Assembly: GCA_032718475.1 (NCBI GenBank)
Contig: JAUCBJ010003706.1
Location: 1-46,278, forward strand
Reading direction: 5' to 3'
Source: Nemertoderma westbladi
Lineage: Eukaryota > Animalia > Xenacoelomorpha
Length of the DNA stretch: 46,278 bases
The position numbers were made by a program, and so were the translations under genes. Shown one piece after another: positions 38,401-46,278 of the stretch (positions within the stretch are counted from its first letter, which is position 1; the number at the start of each line of letters is the position of its first letter). The notes under the pieces are model-generated. The model was not told the DNA's origin and ran no database searches. It saw only the letters and a list, made by a program, of their open reading frames with translations.

Positions 38401-41400
38401 AAACTTAGTGAGAGTACGGAACCATAGAACGGATAAACTTAGTGAGAGTACGGAACCATAGAACGGATAAACTTAGTGAGAGTACGGAACTGTAAGGGAC
38501 CACAGAACATCTTCAAGGCCAATGTCATTTAAGTGGCGCCTTAAGAAAGTCATGGGCTGTCCAGTCCACCATGCTTATATTCCCTCTTTGAGGCTGCCAA
38601 AGTAGTCCTCACAGCGAAGGGAATGTCCTGTAAAGGGGAAGCGGCTCTGCTCTAGCATCATGCTTATGAGGACCAATGAGACACCTCCAATGCTGTATAG
38701 TGTCTGGTTGGAGATATGCTTTGTACATGATACAGTGAAGTGAACCAAACGAATGATTCTTGTGTCATGCAGGGATTTGTTATCCTCTGCAGTTAGAGCC
38801 CAGCATGGCCTCCCATAGAGGAGTACTGCTTATACTAGCTTATACTATACTGCTTAGTGCTTAGTACTGCGGGTCTAAATAGGCGAACCTTAAGATTTTG
38901 TTTTATTCAATTCCTGATCCCAAGTAGCAAAAGTCAGGAACTTCAAAACGGCTAAACTTAGATAAAGTATCGAACGTTAAGGAACCATAGAAAACGGCTA
39001 ATCATAGCGTAACTACGAAGCGGTAAGGATGCATAACAAAGCTAAACTTTGCAAAAAGTACGGAACGGCCAGGATACGGAACTACTGATACGGAACGGCC
39101 AGGATACGGAACTACTGATGGGAGAAGCTTTGCTGATGTATTGAACGATACAAATAATTAATTAGAGAAGTTAGTGATAGTTAGAAGCTGAGAACTTCCC
39201 CAACATTCACCTTGTCTGGGAGGGTGCTAAAGTCAGCCCGACTTGGCTTCGTGCAGCCAAACTTGTTAGCTTTAAATCGACGGAGAATATCCTGCAAGGT
39301 CGCCGATACCATGAAGTATTCCTGCTTCAACCGAAGTTCTTTACCTAAAACACAAGGTATAATCACCAATACAATGTGGTACTAATTTATAATGTTATTT
39401 ATACCAGGCCACCTCCCCTATGCATATATAGCCGGCTACATCAACTACTCCACAGTGAACATTAAGTAATCCAACTCGATTCCATTTCATTCCCGACTTA
39501 AAAAAAGCGGAGCGTGAGGGACTATAAAGTATTAATTGTATTCAGTCGGGATTCCACCGTCGGATGGTATATTGCGAAACGTCCGATCTTGACAGATACC
39601 ATCATTATAGAATGGGTTGCACTATAATAGCTCTACATTATGAGTTTGGTAATCAATAAATATTCGCATTCCACTCACTGACCTTCAAACATGTTGTCAT
39701 TCGGGTACAAAACCCGACTGATATTCTCGGCGTTGTTTCTTTCACAAACCGCAGTGATATATTCGCCAGTGTTGAACATCCTGAGGTTAAAGTCAAGGGG
39801 GGCTTTCGCAGACCACAGACGTAGTGTGTTTACCACGTTGTTACGGTAACCAGGGACCGGCATATCGTGCGGAACTGCCAATATTATCTGCAAAGGATGA
39901 ACGAACGGTAATGTGGATCTGGGCATTATATTTCTCTTTGGAGTTTCAAATATTTGTAAGCAAATAGCTTAACTTAATTAGCATAAAGGGAAACGTTGTA
40001 ACCTTAGTGTCCACCCATTTTGGTTTCCCTGACGATTCGTCAACACGTCCGTAGAAGTTGATGGGTATCTGGTACTCGGGCCGGTCCTTCTGCCAAATGT
40101 TACCGAAACGAAGCCAATCATCGGGCTCCTCCACCTGCCAACCGTCATCGATCTTCTGCGTGAATATACCGTAGTCGTAGAGAATCCCATAGCCAACAGC
40201 TGATAAACCAAGGGTTGCCATGGAATCCAAGAAACACGCTGAGAAGAAACAAACGGCGAAATACTGTTACCTGCATCTAAAACCCAACCTCCCTAGACCA
40301 CCGTTCCCCACCCCTACCCTATAGAATCCCCAGCCAACCTCCCTAGACCACCGTTCCCCACCCCCTACCCTATAGACTCCCCAGCCAACCTCCCTAGACC
40401 ACCGTTCCCCACCCCTACCCTATAGAATCCCCAGCCAACCTCCCTAGACCACCGTTCCCCACCCCTATTCTATAGACTCACCATCCAACCTCCCTAGACC
40501 ACCGTTCCCCACCCCTACCCTATAGACTCCCCAGCCAACCTCCCTAGACCACCGTTCCCCACCCCTACCCTATAGAATCCCCAGCCAACCTCCCTAGACC
40601 ACCGTTCCCCACCCCTATTCTATAGACGCACCATCCAACCTCCCTAGACCACCGTTCCCCACCCCTACCCTATAGACTCCCCAGCCAACCTCCCTAGACC
40701 ACCGTTCCCCACCCCTATTCTATAGACTCACCAGCCAACCTCCCTAGACCACCGTTCCCCACCCCTACCCTATAGACTCCCCAGCCAACCTCCCTAGACC
40801 ACCGTTCCCCACCCCTATTCTATAGACTCACTTGCCAACTTCCCTAGACCACCGTTCCCCACCCCTATTCTATAGACTCACCAGCCAACCTCCCTAGACC
40901 ACCGTTCCCCACCCCTACCCTATAGACTCCCCAGCCAACCTCCCTAGACCACCGTTCCCCACCCCTATTCTATAGACTCACTTGCCAACTTCCCTAGACC
41001 ACCGTTCCCCACCCCTATTCTATAGACTCACCAGCCAACCTCCCTAGACCACCGTTCCCCACCCCTACCCTATAGACTCCCCAGCCAACCTCCCTAGACC
41101 ACCGTTCCCCACCCCTATTCTATAGACTCACCTGCCAACCTCCCTAGACCACCGTTCCCCACCCCTATTCTATAGACTCACTTGCCAACTTCCCTAGACC
41201 ACCGTTCCCCACCCCTACTCTATAGACTCACTTGCCAACTTCCCTAGACCACCGTTCACCACCCCGACTCTATAGACTCCCCAGCCAAGGTTCCACCTTG
41301 GTGTAGTGGTTCGGTTGCATTGAATTCACATCTCCTGTAGGTCGTGGTTTCGATCCTCACATGGGCCAGGGCAGTTTTCGTTTCGGCACGAATACTTTAA

Positions 41401-44400
41401 AGGGACCAGCCAGGGCGCATCTCTGCCTTGCATCCTTAAGTGGTAGCTAAATGAGTACTAGAGTTTCCTCTGGGGAGTAAAGTTCTGGGGGGACCGCACT
41501 GGAAATAAGTCGTCAGACTTTGTGCGTAATCCCTGGCCAAGCGGCCGAAGAAAATTTACTTTTTTTACTTTTAGCCAATCTCCCTAGACCACCGTTCACC
41601 ACCCCTACCCTATAGACTCCCCAGCCAACCTCCCTAGACCACCGTTCCCCACCCAACCACCCTAGACCACCATTCCCCACCCCTACCCTATAGACTCCCC
41701 AGCCAACCTCCCTAGACCACCGTTCCCCACCCCCACCCTATAGACTCCCCAGCCAACCTCCCTAGACCACCGTTCCCCACCCCTACCCTTTAGACTCCCC
41801 AGCCAACCTCCCTAGACCACCGTTCCCCACCCCTACCCTATAGACTCCCCAGCCAACCTCCCTAGACCACCGTTCCCCACCCCTACCATATAGACTCCCC
41901 AGCCAACCTCCCTAGACCACCGTTCCCCACCCCTACCCTATAGACTCACCTGCCAACCTCCATAGACCACCGTTCCCCACCCCTACCCTATAGACTCACC
42001 AGCCAACCTCCCTAGACCACCGTTCCCCACCCCTACCCTATAGACTCACCTGCCAACCTCCCTAGACCACCGTTCCCCACCCCTACCCTATAGAATCCCC
42101 AGCCAACCTCCCTAGACCACCGTTCCCCACCCCTACCCTATAGACTCCCCAGCCAACCTCCCTAGACCACTGTTCCCCACCCCTACCCTATAGAATCACC
42201 AGCCAACCTCCCTAGACCACCGTTCCCCACCCCCACCCTATAGACTCCCCAGCCAACCTCCCTAGACCACCGTTCCCCACCCCTACCCTTTAGACTCCCC
42301 AGCCAACCTCCCTAGACCACCGTTCCCCACCCCTACCCTATAGACTCCCCAGCCAACCTCCCTAGACCACCGTTCCCCACCCCTACCATATAGACTCCCC
42401 AGCCAACCTCCCTAGACCACCGTTCCCCACCCCTACCCTATAGACTCACCAGCCAACCTCCCTAGACCACCGTTCCCCACCCCTACCCTATAGACTCACT
42501 CACCTGCCAAACTCCCTAGACCACCGTTCCCCACCCCTACCCTATAGACTCACCTGCCAACCTCCCTAGACCACCGTTCCCCACCCCTACCCTATAGACT
42601 CACCAGCCAACCTCCCTAGACCACCGTTCCCCACCCCTACCCTATAGAATCCCCAGCCAACCTCCCTAGACCACCGTTCCCCACCCCTACCCTATAGACT
42701 CCCCAGCCAACCTCCCTAGACCACTGTTCCCCACCCCTACCCTATAGAATCACCAGCCAACCTCCCTAGACCACCGTTCCCCACCCCTACCCTATAGACT
42801 CCCCAGCCAACCTCCCTAGACCACCGTTCCCCACCCCTACCCTATAGACTCACCAGCCAACCTCCCTAGACCACCGTTCCCCAGCCCAGCGTCTGACTCT
42901 TGCTCCTCCAGTTCTTCTATGTCGAGCGCCAGCTCATACATAGCATCATCACACTCATTTTGTATCCCCAGGTTGAGCATTGCGTTGGTTAACGTCCTTC
43001 CCATGTAGTATTCGAGAGACAGATAATAAACCCTCTGCAAATTATTTATTATATAAATTAATAACGTTCCTAATAATAACATTTTCATTCGTTTTAATAA
43101 CGAATGCCATCCAACACCTACATCTCCCTATAGTGTTCATGAAGTTTTTGCAAATAAACTGCGTAGAGCAGATGCAAAATATGGAACTTCAGAACGCCAA
43201 TATTTATATATTCATTTCATTTATATCTAATATTTATATCACAGGCATTGCATTATCACGAAACAGCTCAGAGCGACGCTCGCGAATAAAGTACACCAGA
43301 GCGCTAATTCAAGTCCCGTAACTCGAATCGCATAAAGTAAGGTTTTATTCATTCTGCAACATTTCGTAAAGTCGGTTTATTATCTGACACGGGGTGGGTG
43401 ATTTATATGGTAAATTTATATTGCGATTAATATATTTTATAGAGTAACTGGTTTAACGTTTATAGTTAAAATATAATTAGGTAATTGAAAGAGGTATTTA
43501 TTGCTGTTAGGCTATGGTTATTTGGTTTCTTGGGTATTCATTATGTTATTGCCTGCGCTTTATATTATTGAGTATTTGTATTCCTGGGTAACTTAAATGC
43601 CAGTAACAGCTCGACTTAGTCTCCGCGCTAGCAGAAAGATCTAAGAAATCTTCCTCTATACACGGCATGACTGGTCCTCTGTGTTGTAACAGCCAAGTGT
43701 GAGATCCAGCTTCACACTAAAGCTGAGCAACAGGTACGAGGTTCTCGACTATGAGGCATCATAATAAGAACATATCACTGCGAGGGCTATATATACTGCC
43801 TTCTATATACTGCCTCTAAGCAGAGTTAGCAGCTGCAGAAACTGTTCCTGTATATACCCTCGAAAAGAGCCCCTTGGACTGACCACAGAATTCGGTTGTG
43901 CGGAAAGGAAACTGTTAACAGGAAAAACTATGTATCTGCGTACCGGGACCGGCCCGTATATATCGCATGTTAATTAATTGTAATTACATTAAATATTAAC
44001 CTTGGGGTCTTTCTCGTAATACGACTGTTGTGTCCTTATCCATCGACTGATCAACCGATCGCGAACTAAATGACCCAGAGCCTTATAGTAATCGCGCGTA
44101 GTGGCCACATTACGATCTTTTATCTGTAATACAAGCGAGATAAAAAAATATATACAATTTAAACAAGGAGTAGGCCTACCGGATATCGGTACAGGTGCGA
44201 CTACACATTCAGATACGTTGAGATTGATGCGCCACTGCGGTACCGGTACTGCGGTACTGATCCCGCGTATCATATTGCAGTACCGGTATTGAATAAATTG
44301 TTATATTCAAAAGTGAAGGTCTTTACTGAACTGTGCAAGATCACGCGCCCATGGTTATCATACAGTCATAGTGGCAGGTAGTGAAAAGACATATCCTAGC

Positions 44401-44725
44401 ATACTGGCATAACAAGCCTGAAAGATTTCCTGAAAAATATGCTGAAGAAAGAAAATAATTAGGCCTACCGGTACTACCTAAAGACATGTATCATTAATCT
44501 GTTAATGAGCATGATTACAATTAACATAATCAATGAAAGGTACCGGTGTACCGGTACTTCAGTACTTACAGCCGTATAATGAACGTGTCGATTAAAGTCC
44601 TGGATAATGCTGGTCACACTGCTCAGATCGGCAACGTGACGTACACTGATCTGCTTCCGCCGCTCGATATCTGTGGTTGGTTTAGACCCCGCAGGTTTAG
44701 GCCCTGACGGTTTCGACGTCGCCAT
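17236..44725 (-). CDS. PYG: Glycogen phosphorylase (animal PYG family), exons 1-9, 552 codons; 3' part not found in the window
   Basis: Exons 44570-44725, 44001-44123, 42854-43034, 40003-40238, 39683-39887, 39211-39344, 20349-20588, 17669-17832 and 17236-17452 join in frame with GT-AG introns. Motifs [62 protein letters not shown]. Confidence 0.95.
17669..17832 (-). CDS. PYG: PYG exon 8
   Basis: NVDKMFP...RINMAYL...[14 protein letters not shown]. Confidence 0.93.
17985..20340. repeat. 30-bp minisatellite (TGCAGTACACTAATGTATTTGTTATAGCAG), ~78 units, in PYG intron 7
   Basis: Visible tandem array. Confidence 0.98.
20349..20588 (-). CDS. PYG: PYG exon 7
   Basis: [19 protein letters not shown]...NHNHLK; donor AAG|GTTTGT. 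Confidence 0.93.
20621..38508. repeat. ~17.9-kb satellite, 44-bp unit (GTACGGAACGGTAAGGAACCACAGAACGGATAAACTTAGTGGTA) with a 34-bp deletion variant, roughly 410-420 units, in PYG intron 6
   Basis: Visible tandem array with recurring variant blocks. Confidence 0.98.
38509..38941 (-). mobile_element. Degenerate non-LTR retrotransposon fragment (RTE-like, post-RT region)
   Basis: Broken minus-strand frames read [32 protein letters not shown] and LLWQP, resembling RTE F.YLGS / VLLYGSE.W.LT / LLW.P motifs. Confidence 0.7.
38945..39119. repeat. About three diverged copies of the 44-bp unit plus a perfect 30-bp duplication (39059-39119)
   Basis: AACGGCTAAACTTAG..GAACGTTAAGGAACCATAGAA.. and (TACGGAACGGCCAGGATACGGAACTACTGA)x2. 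Confidence 0.8.
39211..39344 (-). CDS. PYG: PYG exon 6
   Basis: [11 protein letters not shown]...LPDK. Confidence 0.93.
39683..39887 (-). CDS. PYG: PYG exon 5
   Basis: [14 protein letters not shown]...[11 protein letters not shown]. Confidence 0.93.
40003..40238 (-). CDS. PYG: PYG exon 4
   Basis: [12 protein letters not shown]...KWVDTK. Confidence 0.93.
40284..42883. repeat. 50-bp minisatellite (~46 units) derived from the PYG exon 3/intron 3 junction
   Basis: Sense unit TGGGGAACGGTGGTCTAGGGAGGTTGGCTG|GTGAGTCTATAGGGTAGGGG. Its first 30 nt are identical to the exon 3 end (GNGGLGRLA). Confidence 0.98.
41289..41572 (+). mobile_element. tRNA-derived SINE (Nin/Deu-domain-like body) with 6-bp TSD
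   Basis: A box TGGTGTAGTGG, B box GGTTTCGATCC, body CTCTGCCTTGCATCCTT..GGTAGCTAAATGAGTAC..TGGGG resembling the Nin domain, TTTAC-type tail. AGCCAA is duplicated at 41283-41288 and 41573-41578. Confidence 0.88.
42854..43034 (-). CDS. PYG: PYG exon 3
   Basis: [13 protein letters not shown]...[11 protein letters not shown]; donor CTG|GTGAGT. Confidence 0.93.
44001..44123 (-). CDS. PYG: PYG exon 2
   Basis: IKDRNVAT...YYEKDPK. Confidence 0.93.
44570..44725 (-). CDS. PYG: PYG exon 1
   Basis: ATG at 44725; RRKQISVR (Ser14-equivalent site); GTAAGT donor. Confidence 0.92.
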
Positions 44726-46278
44726 GTTAAGTCGTTAGGTACCAGATACGGTTGCGGTAGCCGACAGTAATAACACAAGAAACAATAATGATTGAATGGA
44801 TTAGGCCTAATGTCAGACTGAGAACTGGAGAACTACTGAACTACGTCCAGACGTCTACGACCTACGTCTGTACGTACGTATCACACCTGCACACAGTCTG
44901 ACAGTACAGCAGTACCGGTACTGTGAATGCAGGAATTAATTTACTGTACTGCTGTAGTCCCTATTACAGTAGGGCCTATTAGAAATAAGCTGTTTTTGTC
45001 ACTATTTTCAAAGGCAGAATGGGTAGAAAACTAAAAATGCTATTCTCTCTATGACTGCCAGAGTTTGCAGATGGGCACAACACGGTTAGCAAAATAGTGT
45101 TTACATTGATTGAGTCTGGCAGTCTGGTTCTATTTACAAACAGTTCATGATTGTGACCTCTGAACCCGGGTCTGGTTGGCCGGTGGAAGAAATTATCGAA
45201 GTTAAGATCGACTAAATTCAGAAATTGTGCTCAATGCAGGAATGCAGCAATGGAAAATACCATTTTGAGGTCAAAAATAATACGTCTCAATTCTAACAGT
45301 CTAAAGGTTGCAAAGAAAGAAAGTTGAGACGGTCGATGTAATTATTACGTGACAATCCGCACCGTAAGTAAAGTCTACGTGTAAAGTACCGCCATACACT
45401 ATCAACTAGCAGACTAGGTCAATAGACGTGAGCAGGAATGGGGACCATACAGGAGTACAATATTCTAATAAGGGACGTACGTACGATTTATAAGCAAGAA
45501 CAAGCATGATGGCTTGTCTATTCTTTGTGTAAAAACAGCGGGAAATCATATTCACAATTTTGTAGGCCTTAGCAACTTTCTCACGACAGTCAGACAGTAC
45601 TTGTCAAATTTTAAATTGTTTGATATTGTGACACCAGACACCTAGGCCTAAGTCTTTGCAATAAGTTTTTTCTTTAAGAATCTTATTGTAAAGGCAATAC
45701 TGGGTACGGTTGTTGTTAGCACTTAGCGCCAAAATATAGCACGTGACATTTGTGAGCAGCTATAGTAAGTTGCCATTCTGTAGCCCAGCGTTCTAGACCA
45801 GATAAGACAATGGACTGACTGACCAGCTGGACTGCAGGACTGACACTGAATAATTCCAAACAGCAAAATGTCAGAATGTGGAATGAGTTATTGACCTACC
45901 AGCCTACTGCCAGACTGCTTTGTTTCTGCTGTTAGCTAGTTCAGTAGTTACTCATTACTGGGCAGCTGGGTTAGGCCAACGCCAACCTATTCCTGTATTC
46001 TGTTATTGCAGTACTGCAGTCAGGCAGTATTGTGCTGTAGACATTTCTATAGGCCTACTGTAGTACCGGTATCTATCCACTATCAGACAAGCAACATACA
46101 GACATACAGCAGTACGCCTACAGATTTAAGAATACAGTTGTTGCCAGGCTGCAATGTGCAAGGCGGGTCTAAACAAAGGGCATGACAGACTGACAGATGA
46201 ACGGAATGTATTTCATGGAGTGTGATAGACCCCAACGATGTTTTCCCGTTCTACCCTTAGATCCCAGGTGCTCTTTTT

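Noticed and set aside
20621-38508. CRISPR-like array, or the many 65-102 aa MVPYRSVL ORFs as a gene family
   Set aside because: Contiguous tandem units with no unique spacers, no cas genes and a eukaryotic intron context. The ORFs are translations of the satellite.
41289-41370. tRNA gene
   Set aside because: A and B boxes are present, but no convincing cloverleaf; it continues into a SINE body and tail bounded by a TSD.
44881-44888. T-box half-site TCACACCT ~160 bp upstream of the PYG ATG
   Set aside because: A single 8-mer is expected by chance in this much sequence; another occurs near 13514 in putative TE DNA.

Overview
Animal (non-vertebrate-looking, AT-rich) genomic DNA; the species cannot be determined from the sequence alone. 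Two spliced genes lie on the minus strand. One is a complete six-exon Tbx2/3 (omb-type) T-box gene (1688-6897, 599 aa). The other is the 5' nine exons of a glycogen phosphorylase gene (44725 down to 17236, 552 codons); I could not find its C-terminal ~300 aa, including the PLP-binding motif, anywhere in the window. About 23 kb of the 27.5 kb phosphorylase span is three intronic minisatellites (30-bp, 44/34-bp and 50-bp units), each abutting an exon boundary. The 50-bp unit is a copy of the exon 3/intron 3 junction itself, so intron 3 is an array of ~46 intact or mutated 5' splice sites, interrupted by a tRNA-derived SINE with a TSD. Between the genes lie a 15-bp minisatellite, an inverted repeat and a stack of transposon pieces that includes an open, shortened Sola-like DDD transposase ORF. 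Most other ORFs in the track are repeat or antisense artefacts.
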